Assembly: GCA_934630485.1 (NCBI GenBank) | Contig: CAKTWD010000001.1 | Span: forward strand, 1-62,658 | Direction of reading: 5' to 3' | Length of the DNA: 62,658 nt | From: an uncultured Eggerthellaceae bacterium | GTDB lineage: Bacteria > Actinomycetota > Coriobacteriia > Coriobacteriales > Eggerthellaceae | Shown here: one piece after another, positions 42,239 to 52,100 of the stretch | How positions within the stretch are numbered: position 1 is the first letter of the stretch | Layout of the letters: every line of letters starts with the position of its first letter | The notes under the pieces: model-generated | Told to the model about the DNA's origin: nothing | Databases searched by the model: none | Seen by the model: the letters and a program-made list of their open reading frames with translations, nothing else | Translations under genes and position numbers: made by a program

Positions 42239-43807
42239 ATGGAATTCGTCAACACATTCTGGGCGCTGGTGCCGCCTGTCGTCGCCATCGTCCTAGCGCT
42301 AATCACGAAAGAGACGTACAGCTCGCTGTTCATCGGCATCGTCGTGGGCGCCCTGCTGCTGGCAGGCCTTGACCCCATCCAGACGATGAACAACATCATC
42401 AGCAACGAGATTCCCGTTGCTGATGGCGGTGACCCGCTGGTTGTCGGTTTCGTGCACGCCATCAGCGATGCCAACAACGCCGGCATCTTCATTTTCTTGA
42501 TCATGCTGGGTGCTATGGTTGCGCTTATCAATGCGGCCGGTGGATCTGCTGCGTTCGGCAAGTGGGCTGCTTCGCACATCAAGACCCGTGTTGGCGCGCA
42601 GCTGTCAACGTTCGTCTTGGGCGTTTTGATCTTCATCGATGACTACTTCAACTGTTTGACGGTTGGTTCGGTCATGCGTCCCGTTACCGATGCGTGCAAG
42701 ATCAGCCGCGCCAAGCTGGCCTACATCATCGACTCGACCGCTGCTCCCATCTGCATGATCGCGCCGATTTCCTCGTGGGCCGCTGCTGTTTCGGCAACCG
42801 CCTCCGATCTTGATAACGGCATGAGCGGCATCCAGCTGTTCATCTCGGCTATTCCGTTCAACTTCTACTCGCTTCTGACCATCGTCTTCGTTGTTGCGCT
42901 GTGCATCATGGGCTTCGATTACGGCCCCATGGCCAAGAAGGAGCTTGAGGCCTACCGCGAAGGCAAGTCCGGTTCTCTGGGCGGCGAGGTTAGGATCACC
43001 AACGAGAAGGCTTCGCTGTGGGACATGATGATCCCGGTCATCATTTTGATTGTCTGCTGCATCGTCGGCATGCTGTACGTCGGCGGCTTCTGGGATCCCG
43101 AAGCCGACGGCTACATGAGCCTGATCGGCGCTTTCGCTGACACCAGCGCATCCATCGGCCTGCCGTGGGGCGGTATCATCGCTTTGGTTGCCACCGTCGC
43201 TTACCTGGTGCTTCGCAAGGTCATCTCGTTCAACCGCGCTATGGAGTGTCTGATCGAGGGCTTCAAGGCCATGGTTCCGGCTCTGCTCATCCTTACCTTC
43301 GCTCTTACCCTGAAGCTCACCACTACGGCTCTTGGCGCCGACGTGTTCGTCGCAGGTCTGATGGAGGGTGCTGCAGCCAGCTTGTTCAACATGCTGCCCG
43401 CCATCATCTTCCTGGTTGCCGTGTTCCTGGCGTTCTCGACGGGTACCAGCTGGGGCACGTTCGGCATTCTGATCCCCATTGTTACCGCCATCTTCGCTAC
43501 CAGCGACTACACGCTGATGACCATCGGCATCTCGGCTTGCTTGGCTGGCGCTGTTTGCGGCGACCATATCTCGCCGATCTCCGACACCACCATCATGGCA
43601 TCGGCTGGCGCGAACGTGAATCACATCGATCACGTCAACACGCAGCTGCCGTACGCCCTGACCGTTGCCGGTGTGTCGTTCGTCTGCTTCGTGATTGCCG
43701 GCTTCGTGCAGAACTTCCTGATCTGCCTGGCCGTTGGCGTCATCTTGATCGTCGGCATCCTGACCGTGCTTAAGCGCGCGATCGGCGTGAACGCTTCTGC
43801 TGAATAA
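42239..43807 (+). CDS. nhaC: NhaC-family Na+/H+ antiporter-like transporter
   Basis: Motifs MEFVNTFWALVPPVVAIVLALITKETYSSLFIGIVVG, IFIDDYFNCLTVGSVMRP, CGDHISPISDTTI. ATG 42239 follows GGGAGA. Confidence 0.88.
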   Translation: MEFVNTFWALVPPVVAIVLALITKETYSSLFIGIVVGALLLAGLDPIQTMNNIISNEIPVADGGDPLVVGFVHAISDANNAGIFIFLIMLGAMVALINAAGGSAAFGKWAASHIKTRVGAQLSTFVLGVLIFIDDYFNCLTVGSVMRPVTDACKISRAKLAYIIDSTAAPICMIAPISSWAAAVSATASDLDNGMSGIQLFISAIPFNFYSLLTIVFVVALCIMGFDYGPMAKKELEAYREGKSGSLGGEVRITNEKASLWDMMIPVIILIVCCIVGMLYVGGFWDPEADGYMSLIGAFADTSASIGLPWGGIIALVATVAYLVLRKVISFNRAMECLIEGFKAMVPALLILTFALTLKLTTTALGADVFVAGLMEGAAASLFNMLPAIIFLVAVFLAFSTGTSWGTFGILIPIVTAIFATSDYTLMTIGISACLAGAVCGDHISPISDTTIMASAGANVNHIDHVNTQLPYALTVAGVSFVCFVIAGFVQNFLICLAVGVILIVGILTVLKRAIGVNASAE

Positions 43808-43886
43808 CTCGGAGCGGTGGCGTTTGGGGCGGCAATGCCCCGGCTACGTTGAACAACGTGGCTAGATTTGCTGCAAGATCGAATTA

Positions 43887-43917
43887 AGGGAGTCGCTTTG
43901 GCGGCTCCCTTTCTTTG
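43887..43917 (+). terminator. Intrinsic terminator after nhaC
   Basis: AGGGAGTCGC-tttg-GCGGCTCCCT followed by TTCTTTG. Confidence 0.65.
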
Positions 43918-44072
43918 TGTCTGGTGACGTTCTTTGCGCCTTGCACAGATTTTCCCGTTTTGCGGGGGTAGGGGTGCGTGATTGCGAGGGGCGCTCTGCC
44001 CGATCTGGGGTTTTGCGATGATGGATGCGGAAGGTGAGCGTGTACTTTGTTTTCCGTATCGTAAAAGGCCGC

Positions 44073-44142
44073 AAAACGGTCAAATCTGTGCAGCCGGGAC
44101 GGATAGGCGCGCTGAAAACAGTCGAATCTGTGCAGCCGGGAC
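44073..44142 (+). repeat. Two 28-nt direct repeats (AAAACRGTCRAATCTGTGCAGCCGGGAC) with a 42-bp period
   Basis: 44073-44100 and 44115-44142 differ at 2 of 28 positions. Confidence 0.8.
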
Positions 44143-44255
44143 AGACAAGGCGCCCAGGTTCGCGCGACCGCAAACCCAGCGCGTTCAGCTCGGATTTTGC
44201 GAAAGATAGCTAATGCAGCAGCCGGCTAATGCGAAAGCTAGCTAATGCCGCACTT

Positions 44256-45563
44256 TTAGGCCAGCGAGAATGCGTAGAACATCTTCGACTGGCTGACCAA
44301 GGTGCTGACATCCCAGGTTTTTTCGGAACGCTCGGCGGAATAGGGATCGTTGATGATAACTTTGCCGTCGGCGTCAAGGCCGCACGCCACGATGAAGTGG
44401 CCGTTTTGGGTGAAATCACCGGGGCCCATGTTGATAATCAGTACCTGACCTGCGGAAAGCGGTGCGGTAAGGTTGGAAGGTTGGGGGTTCAGTTGGTTGC
44501 ACGTAAGTCCCAGCTGCTCGGCGGCGCTGAAAAGGAACTTAGTGTCGGTGCCGTCGTACTGCGTTTCGAAACCGCCATTGGTTGCGATGACGCCCATGTC
44601 GTAGGGCGACTTGTCGGTTAGGCCGGTCAGCGCCTGGTAAACCATGGCAAACGACGTGGGGCAGCATCCTGTCAGCGCAAACGTGGTGGAGCTGTACTGG
44701 GTGTAGCCCCAGCGCTTGTCCCACTGGTACAGGCGCGGCACGTTGGTCTTGCTCTCGGCGGACGGCGTGGATGCGTCACCCGAGGGCTTGTCTTGCGGGT
44801 ACATGTTGGGCCAATCGCGCACGAACGATGCGGCTTCGGGCTCGTTTCCAGCCAAGCGCAAAAGTTTGCCCTGAACTGCGGTGCCGTCGGCAGTGTACGA
44901 GTCGGGGTGCGAGGCAACCCAGTATGCGTTCTCGTTGCTGCTGGCGGTTTGCAGCAGAGCGGCGGTGTCTTCGGCGCCCAAAAGGTTCTCAAGCGCGGCT
45001 TTGTCGGGCTTTGAGCCGTCCTCATTTGAATACGAAGATGCGCTCACGGCCTTCTGAGCTTCGCGAAGATCTTGTTGAACAGGGTCGGCGGGCGTGGCGC
45101 AGGCGCGGATAACCAGAACCAAAATAACGAGGATGGCAACCGCTGCTGCAATGCCAATGAGGGCGTTGCGCTTGCCGAAACGCTCGACGGCGTTGGCATA
45201 GGCGTTCGCGAAGAAATCGCCGATGCCCTTGAATGCGTTGGCGATGGCGGCACCTGCGCCCGCTAGGGCGTTGGCGGCCTGCTGTGAGCGCTGCGGTGAT
45301 TGTGCGGGTTTGCGGTTCGTGTGCGGTGCTTGCGCGGGTTTGCGGTTCGTGTGCGGTGCTTGCGCGGGTTTGCGGTTCGTACCCGAGCGGGGTGCTTGCG
45401 GACGCTGCGATTGGCGCGGCCTCTGCGATCCTGCAGGGCGATGGCCTTGCGGCATGCGCACGTGGCTGGACGGCTGCGCTTCGCCGCGTTTCGCCTGGCG
45501 AGCCTGCAGTCGCTTGCGTGCGGCTTCCTTGCGAGCTTCATCGCTCATGAAATCGTCGGACAT
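44256..45563 (-). CDS. Membrane-anchored C39-like (Peptidase_C39_2) cysteine peptidase-domain protein
   Basis: Basic N-terminus with TNRKPAQAPH x3 and one TM helix (LIGIAAAVAILVILVLVI). C-terminal YQWDKRWGY, LTGCCPTSFAMVYQ (catalytic Cys context), GHFIVACGLDADGKVIINDP. Confidence 0.8.
   Translation of the reverse strand: MSDDFMSDEARKEAARKRLQARQAKRGEAQPSSHVRMPQGHRPAGSQRPRQSQRPQAPRSGTNRKPAQAPHTNRKPAQAPHTNRKPAQSPQRSQQAANALAGAGAAIANAFKGIGDFFANAYANAVERFGKRNALIGIAAAVAILVILVLVIRACATPADPVQQDLREAQKAVSASSYSNEDGSKPDKAALENLLGAEDTAALLQTASSNENAYWVASHPDSYTADGTAVQGKLLRLAGNEPEAASFVRDWPNMYPQDKPSGDASTPSAESKTNVPRLYQWDKRWGYTQYSSTTFALTGCCPTSFAMVYQALTGLTDKSPYDMGVIATNGGFETQYDGTDTKFLFSAAEQLGLTCNQLNPQPSNLTAPLSAGQVLIINMGPGDFTQNGHFIVACGLDADGKVIINDPYSAERSEKTWDVSTLVSQSKMFYAFSLA
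45301..45380 (-). repeat. 30-nt tandem repeat, about 2.7 copies, coding for TNRKPAQAPH
   Basis: Units at 45301-45330 and 45331-45360 differ at one base. A partial third unit is at 45361-45380. Confidence 0.85.
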
Positions 45564-45777
45564 TGTGCCTCCTTCAAGGCATGCACACCTGCGCGTCGGT
45601 GCCTTTCAGCTCCTCTTCAGTCAGTTGGATTGTATCCGAATTGCCGTTTTTCTGCAGATCTTGACCTGCTGGCTGCGCTCTTATTCGATCAGCGGAAACG
45701 GTAGTACAATCACCAGAAATGAAAGCTATGGTGAACTACTCGCTATGGTGATCAGCGGCAATACGCGTTAATGGGAG

Positions 45778-46824
45778 ATGATTTCGTTGGAGAAGAAAGA
45801 TCTCGATTGGGGCAACCTGAGCTTCGATTACATGCCCACCGATTACAGCTACGTCTGTAATTTCAAAAACGGCGAATGGGAAGAGGGCGGCCTGACCACC
45901 GACCACTCCATCCAGCTGTCCGAGTGCGCGGGCATTTTCCATTACTGCCAGGAGGTCTTTGAGGGCCTGAAGGCATACACCACCGAGGACGGCGACATCG
46001 TCTGCTTCCGCCCTGATCTGAACGCCAAGCGCATGAGCGATTCCGCTGAGCGCCTGTGCATGCCCTCGTTCCCCGAGGACAAGTTCGTCGAGGCCGTCAA
46101 GGAAGTCGTTAAGGCGAACGCCGCTTGGGTTCCGCCGTTCGGCTCGGGCGCCACGCTGTACGTCCGTCCGTTCATGATTGCCACGGGCATCGTCATTGGC
46201 GTTGCCCCTGCTACCGAGTACCAGTTCCGCATTCTGGTCACGCCGGTCGGCCCGTACTTCAAGGGCGGCGACACGGCTGTCACCTTGGGCATCTCCAAGT
46301 ACGACCGCGCTGCTCCGCATGGCACCGGCAACATCAAGGCCGGCCTGAACTACGCCATGAGCATCAAGGCCGGCGTCGAGGCCCACGCAGCCGGCTATGC
46401 CGAGAACCTGTACCTCGATTCCGAGAGCCGCACCTATGTTGAGGAGACGGGTGGCGCCAACATCCTGTTCGTCGACAAGGCGGGCAACCTTGTTGTTCCG
46501 CAGTCGCACACCGACTCCATCCTTCCGTCGGTCACGCGCCGTTCGCTGGTCACCGTTGCCAAGGACATGCTTGGCATGAACGTCATCGAGCGCCCGGTCA
46601 AGTTCGACGAGGTGCTTGCCGGCGACTTCGTTGAGTGCGGTCTGTGCGGCACGGCTGCCGTTATCAGCCCCGTTGGCCACATCGAGGGCGAAGGCGTCGA
46701 CGTCGAGTTCCCCGACGGCGCCGTTACCTCCGGCCCCGTCATGAAGAAGCTGCGCGAAACCCTTACCGCCATCCAAAGCGGCAAGATCGAGGGTCCTGCC
46801 GGCTGGGTTGTCAAGATCTGCTAG
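45778..46824 (+). CDS. ilvE: Branched-chain amino acid aminotransferase
   Basis: 348 aa, fold-type IV. Motifs FEGLKAY, LYVRPF, YFKGG, NIKAGLNY, GGANILFV, GTAAVISPV. Confidence 0.93.
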   Translation: MISLEKKDLDWGNLSFDYMPTDYSYVCNFKNGEWEEGGLTTDHSIQLSECAGIFHYCQEVFEGLKAYTTEDGDIVCFRPDLNAKRMSDSAERLCMPSFPEDKFVEAVKEVVKANAAWVPPFGSGATLYVRPFMIATGIVIGVAPATEYQFRILVTPVGPYFKGGDTAVTLGISKYDRAAPHGTGNIKAGLNYAMSIKAGVEAHAAGYAENLYLDSESRTYVEETGGANILFVDKAGNLVVPQSHTDSILPSVTRRSLVTVAKDMLGMNVIERPVKFDEVLAGDFVECGLCGTAAVISPVGHIEGEGVDVEFPDGAVTSGPVMKKLRETLTAIQSGKIEGPAGWVVKIC

Positions 46825-46899
46825 ACTACGCCCCATCCAAGCATGATGCGCCGGACGCCTACTGGGTGCCCGGCGCTTTGATTATTCAAGGAGCACCAC

Positions 46900-47646
46900 A
46901 TGGCCGAAGAAACACCCGCGCGACGTAACCCGCCGTTCCAGAACATCTCGTTCACGTTGGTTCAGGATCGCTTGGGACGTAAGCTCTTCCGCATGAAGCG
47001 CGTTGGCGAAGAGTACGAGCTGCATGTCGAAAAGGGCAGCTCGTCGAACCCGTCGTCGCAGTTTACGCGCATGGTGCCGCAGGAAACGGCGCAGCGCTTC
47101 AAGGATGCGCTTGACGCTTTGGGCGTGTTCTCGTGGGAAGAGAAGTACGGTGATGCGTCTGCTCCCGGCTCGATGCGCTGGTCGCTGAACACGGTGTTCA
47201 AGGAAGATGTCTTCAGTGTGGCATCGAAGGGCGGAAGCGACGCTCCGCGCGAATTCGACGCTTTCTTGGAAGAGCTGTACAAGCTTGACTTCCCGCGTCC
47301 GGAAAAGGCGGCCCCTTCGCCTGCTGCCGCTGCTAAGTCGCCGATTCCGACCATGAGCGCCGCCGGTTTCGAGATGAGTAACGCGCTGCGTTCGATGGGC
47401 CTTGATCCGTCATCTCTTCCCGAGGGCATGGGTGACGCGCTCAGTCAGATGCTGGGCAGCGTTTCCTCGGCGGATGCCATCGACGCCATGTCACAGATGA
47501 GGCGCAACCCCATGGAAATGCAACAGCGTATGAAGGACGAGTTCAGTCATCTTTCGCCAGACGAGCAGGAAAAGATGATCGACGCCCTTTCAAAGACAGG
47601 TATCGCTTCTCGCGCCTGGTGGGAGCGATTCCTTCGGGGCTTATAG
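46900..47646 (+). CDS. Hypothetical protein
   Basis: 248-aa ORF with RBS AAGGAG. It has an N-terminal globular part and a C-terminal Met/Ser/Asp-rich part. No family was recognised. Confidence 0.65.
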   Translation: MAEETPARRNPPFQNISFTLVQDRLGRKLFRMKRVGEEYELHVEKGSSSNPSSQFTRMVPQETAQRFKDALDALGVFSWEEKYGDASAPGSMRWSLNTVFKEDVFSVASKGGSDAPREFDAFLEELYKLDFPRPEKAAPSPAAAAKSPIPTMSAAGFEMSNALRSMGLDPSSLPEGMGDALSQMLGSVSSADAIDAMSQMRRNPMEMQQRMKDEFSHLSPDEQEKMIDALSKTGIASRAWWERFLRGL

Positions 47647-47768
47647 ATTCTTGTGATAACATATTCGATTAACGCCGCAGTCGTGAAATAACGGTTGTGG
47701 TGTTGCGGTTTTTGGGGGAAACCGCAGGTCAGTTATGTGTTGCTAGTTTTGAAAGAAGAGGTTGAAAC

Positions 47769-48146
47769 ATGGCAACAAGCAGCGAGGAAGATTACCTACG
47801 CGCTATTTACGAGTTGGATAACGGTACGGGCATGGTCCGTTCCGTTGACGTTGCAACGGCATTGGGTGTAAGTAAGCCCAGCGTGAACAAGGCATTGACC
47901 GTTCTCGAGGAGGAGGGCTACATCACGCGTATGCGCTACGCCCCCATCCAGCTTACTCACAAAGGCAAGATCAACGGCAAGCGTCTGCAGGATCGCTACC
48001 AGGCTGTTCAGGCGTTCCTTGTCGAGAAGCTTGGCATCAAGCCCGAGGTTGCCGCCGAAGAGGCTCACAAGATGGAGCACGCGCTGTCTAAGGACACCGT
48101 CACCCGCCTGAAGGAGTTCATGGATTCCGAGGCTTTGTCGAAATAG
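47769..48146 (+). CDS. mntR: DtxR/MntR family metal-dependent transcriptional regulator
   Basis: Motifs SEEDYLRAIYEL, ALGVSKPSVNKALTVLEEEGYI, EAHKMEHALS. Confidence 0.88.
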   Translation: MATSSEEDYLRAIYELDNGTGMVRSVDVATALGVSKPSVNKALTVLEEEGYITRMRYAPIQLTHKGKINGKRLQDRYQAVQAFLVEKLGIKPEVAAEEAHKMEHALSKDTVTRLKEFMDSEALSK

Positions 48147-48285
48147 CGGCAAGGTCGTCATACGGCTTGGCTTTTGTCAAGCGTGGGATCGAAGCACAAG
48201 GCATCGCGTTCGCGGTGCCTTTTCTTTTCCTTGCAGCTGCGTCGCTGGCGTGCGATGATCGAAACGTTGAGCGAAGGAGGCAAGA

Positions 48286-48909
48286 ATGGAGAACGTCGAC
48301 GCGAACGGCTTGACCGAGGCGCAGTTCCTTGCGGAATACAAGCAGAAAGATTACCCGAAGCCCTCGTTGACGGCGGACATGGCGGTGTTTCGTCCCGTTG
48401 GCGGTCCCGAAGGCGAATGGGAAGTTCTGTTGATCCGTCGCGGCGGGCATCCGTTCTTGGGCTGCTGGGCTTTCCCCGGTGGGTTCGTCGAGCCAGGGGA
48501 AGACGCCGATCAGGCTGCCGTTCGCGAGCTTCAGGAGGAAACGGGGCTGGTCGATGTCTCCTTGGAGCAGTTCGGTTTGTACAGCACGCCGGGCCGTGAT
48601 CCTCGCGCGTGGACCGCGTCCGAAGCGTATCTGGGCGTTGTCAACAAGAACGCGCAGGCGTGTGCCGGCGACGATGCGGCCGACGCGAAGTGGTTCAGTT
48701 TGTCTCTGAGTGAAATCGATCAAACAGGGACGTATCGCTTGGCTGCAACCGCGGCGGAAGACGAGCTGCTTGTTGAGTTCTCGGTATCGCCTCGCATGTT
48801 CGGGTCGTGCAAGGCAAGTGTGACCCGTGCTGAAGAATTCGCCTTCGATCATGGCCGCATACTTGCCGATGCGTATTTGGCGTTGCAGGGGACGATCAAC
48901 TGCGACTAG
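48286..48909 (+). CDS. NUDIX hydrolase
   Basis: Nudix box GGFVEPGEDADQAAVRELQEETGL. RBS GAAGGAGG. Confidence 0.85.
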   Translation: MENVDANGLTEAQFLAEYKQKDYPKPSLTADMAVFRPVGGPEGEWEVLLIRRGGHPFLGCWAFPGGFVEPGEDADQAAVRELQEETGLVDVSLEQFGLYSTPGRDPRAWTASEAYLGVVNKNAQACAGDDAADAKWFSLSLSEIDQTGTYRLAATAAEDELLVEFSVSPRMFGSCKASVTRAEEFAFDHGRILADAYLALQGTINCD

Positions 48910-49032
48910 GTGCTAGGACGATTAATCGCGAAGACGCCGCAATAAGCGAGACTCGACCAAGCGGCAACGCAGATCGTCTGCGCGCTTGCCGCACTGGCCG
49001 CTGCATCGCCATCTAGCTCGCATCAAGCAAAA

Positions 49033-49062
49033 AGGAAGCCCGGGCATTTGCTCGGGCTTCCT
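49033..49062. terminator. Bidirectional terminator between the convergent NUDIX gene and purL
   Basis: AGGAAGCCCG-ggcatttgct-CGGGCTTCCT flanked by AAAA on the 5' side and TCGTGTT on the 3' side. Confidence 0.65.
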
Positions 49063-49109
49063 TCGTGTTCGCGTATGTTGCGATGTTCAAGTGCGTTGCC
49101 GTTGGGCGG

Positions 49110-52100
49110 TTAGCACGAGAAGTAATCGACGCCGCCTTCGATGATGGGCTGGAAGGTGCGGTCGGGGATATTCTGGTACACGCCGTCGCTCCAGCGCTCG
49201 CTGTGGCCCATCTTGCCGAAGACGCGGCCGTCGGGGCTGGTGATGCCTTCGATTGCCCAAACCGAACCGTTGGGATTGGCGGCAAGGTCCATGGAGGGGT
49301 TGCCGTTGGCGTCAATGTACTGGGTGGCGATCTGGCCGGCGGCCTTCAGCTGCTCAAGCAGTTCGGGGCTTGCCACGAAGCGGCCTTCGCCATGGCTGAT
49401 GGCCACGGTGTGCATGTCACCAACCTCGCAGCGGGAAAGCCACGGGGACATGGTGGACGCGATGCGCGTGCGGACGATGCTGCTCTGGTGACGGCCGATG
49501 TTGTTGAACGTCAGCGTGGGGCAGTTCTCGTCCATGGGGCGGATGTCGCCGAAGGGAACCAGACCCAGCTTGATAAGCGCCTGGAAGCCGTTGCAGATGC
49601 CCAGGATCAGGCCATCACGGTTCCACAGCAGATCGCGCACGGCCTCGGTGACCTCGGGAGCACGGAAGAACGCGGTGATGAACTTGGCGGAGCCGTCGGG
49701 CTCGTCGCCGCCGCTGAAGCCGCCAGGGATCATGAGGATCTGGCTTTCGCGGATGCGCTTCGCGAGCTCCTTGGTGCTTTCGGCAACGGCAGCAGGCGTC
49801 AGGTTGTTGATGACGAACGTGTCGGGCTTGGCTCCGGCACGCTGGAAGGCGCGTGCGGTGTCGTACTCGCAGTTGTTGCCAGGGAACACGGGGATGATGA
49901 CGCGCGGTGCGCCGATGGTGCCGTCGTAGGTAAGCGGCAGCTTCTCGGCGAAGCTGATGGTCTCGACCTGCGGGGTTTCGATGCCGACAGCCTTGCTGCG
50001 GTAGGGGTACACGGGTTCGAGCTTGCCTTCGTAGGCGTCAAGGATCTTGTCAAGGTCGATGACCTCGTCGCCAGCGGAGAAGGTGAAGCCGGAGGTGGTG
50101 GTGCCCGTCAGGTTGATGCGGACCGCGTCGCTGCCGGTGGGTTCGGGAGCTTCGTCAGCAAGCTCGACCAGGAACGCGCCGTAGGCATTCTTGAACAGGA
50201 CGTCCGTGGGAACGTCGTGGTTCAGGCCGAAGCCGATGCGGTTGCCCAAAGTAGCCTTGAACAGGGCCTCGGCGCCGCCACCGAAGCCAAGCGTGGAAGC
50301 GGACAGCACAACGCCGTCGTCGATGAGCTTCTGAACGATGTCCATGGCCTCGCGCTGGCCGGCTGCGTCGGGACGGCCGTCAGGCAGGTAGTCGTGGGCT
50401 TCGATGCAGAAGACGCGATGGCCTGCGCCCTTGAACTCGGGGCTGACGATGTGGTCGGTCTTGCCAACGGCAGTGGCGAAGCTGACAAGCGTGGGAGGAA
50501 CATCCAGGTCCTCGAAGCTGCCGGACATGGAGTCCTTGCCGCCGATGGAGCCAACTTCGAAGTCGAGTTGGGCCATAAGCGCGCCAAGAAGCGAAGCCGC
50601 GGGCTTGCCCCAACGCTCGGGGGCGGTGCGCAGGCTTCCGAAATATTCCTGGAAGGTGAAGTAAGCATCTTCGCGCTTGAAGCCGGTGGCGATGAGCTTG
50701 GAAAGGCTCTCGACGACGGCAAGGTAAGCGCCGGCGAACTGGTTCTTCTCGGAGAGATACGGGTTGAAGCCCCATGCCATGCCGGAGCACGTGGTGGTCT
50801 CGCCGTCAACGGGAAGCTTGGCGACCATTGCCTGGGCAGGGGTGAGCTGGGTCTTGCCGCCGAAGGGCATGAGCACGGTGGAAGCGCCGATGGTCGAGTC
50901 GAAACGCTCGGACAGGCCCTTGTTGGAGCAGACGTTCAGGTCGGTGATCACGTCAAGCAGGCGCTCTTCGAATGTATCGCCCTTCCAAGATGCCTGGTAG
51001 GCCTCCTGCTTGGGGATGTGAACGTTCATTTCCTTGGAGGCGCCGTTCGATGCCAGGAAGTCGCGGCTGATGTCGACGATGGCGTCGCCGTTCCAGATCA
51101 TGCGAACGCGAGCTTCCTCGGTGACGGTGGCAACGGGCGTGGCCTCGAGGTTCTCTTCGTGGGCATAGCGGATGAACTCGTCGACGTCGGCTGCGGCCAC
51201 ATCGACGGCCATGCGCTCCTGGCTTTCGGACAGGGCAAGCTCGGTGCCGTCAAGGCCGTCGTACTTTTTGGGAAGTGCATTCAAGTCGACGCGGATGCCG
51301 TCGGCAAGCTCGCCGATGGCAACGCTGACGCCGCCTGCGCCGAAGTCGTTGCAACGCTTGATGAGACGCGTGGCCTCGCCGCGACGGAACAGGCGCTGGA
51401 TCTTGCGCTCGACGGGCGCGTTGCCCTTCTGAACTTCGGCACCGCATTCTTCAAGCGATTCCATGTTGTGAGCCTTGGACGACCCGGTTGCGCCGCCGAT
51501 GCCGTCACGGCCGGTGCGGCCGCCCAGCAGGATGACGACGTCGCCCGGGGCGGGCGTTTCGCGACGGACGTGGTCGGCGGGCGTTGCGCCCACAACCGCG
51601 CCGATTTCCATGCGCTTGGCGGCGTAGCCGGGATGGTACAGCTCGTTGACCTGGCCGGTTGCCAAGCCGATCTGGTTGCCGTAGCTGGAGTAGCCGGCTG
51701 CGGCGGTGGTGACCAGCTTGCGCTGGGGAAGCTTGCCAGCAAGCGTTTCGGACATAGGAGCCAGCGGGTTCGCGGCGCCGGTGACGCGCATTGCCTGGTA
51801 AACGTAGCTGCGGCCGGACAGAGGGTCGCGGATGCAGCCGCCGATGCAGGTTGCTGCGCCGCCGAACGGCTCGATCTCGGTGGGATGGTTGTGCGTCTCG
51901 TTCTTGAACAGGAACAGCCAATCCTCTTCCTGGCCGTCGACATCGACCTTCACCTTGACGGTGCAGGCGTTGATCTCTTCGGATTCGTCGAGGTTCTTCA
52001 GGGTGCCCGTGGACTTCAGGTAGCGGGCGCCGATGGTGCCCAGGTCCATAAGGCAGACGGGCTTCTCATCGCGGCCAAGCTCATGGCGAAGCTCGAGGTA

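Noticed and set aside
44073-44142. Possible CRISPR array
   Set aside because: There are only two 28-nt repeats with a 14-nt spacer, no further units, and no cas genes or leader in the window.
45564-45777. T-box leader upstream of ilvE
   Set aside because: No GGGTGGTACCGCG-like T-box sequence or specifier-loop architecture is present. There is only a loose GGTGATCAGCGG resemblance.
45736-46836. 366-aa ORF on the minus strand
   Set aside because: It is antisense to ilvE and has no recognisable motifs.
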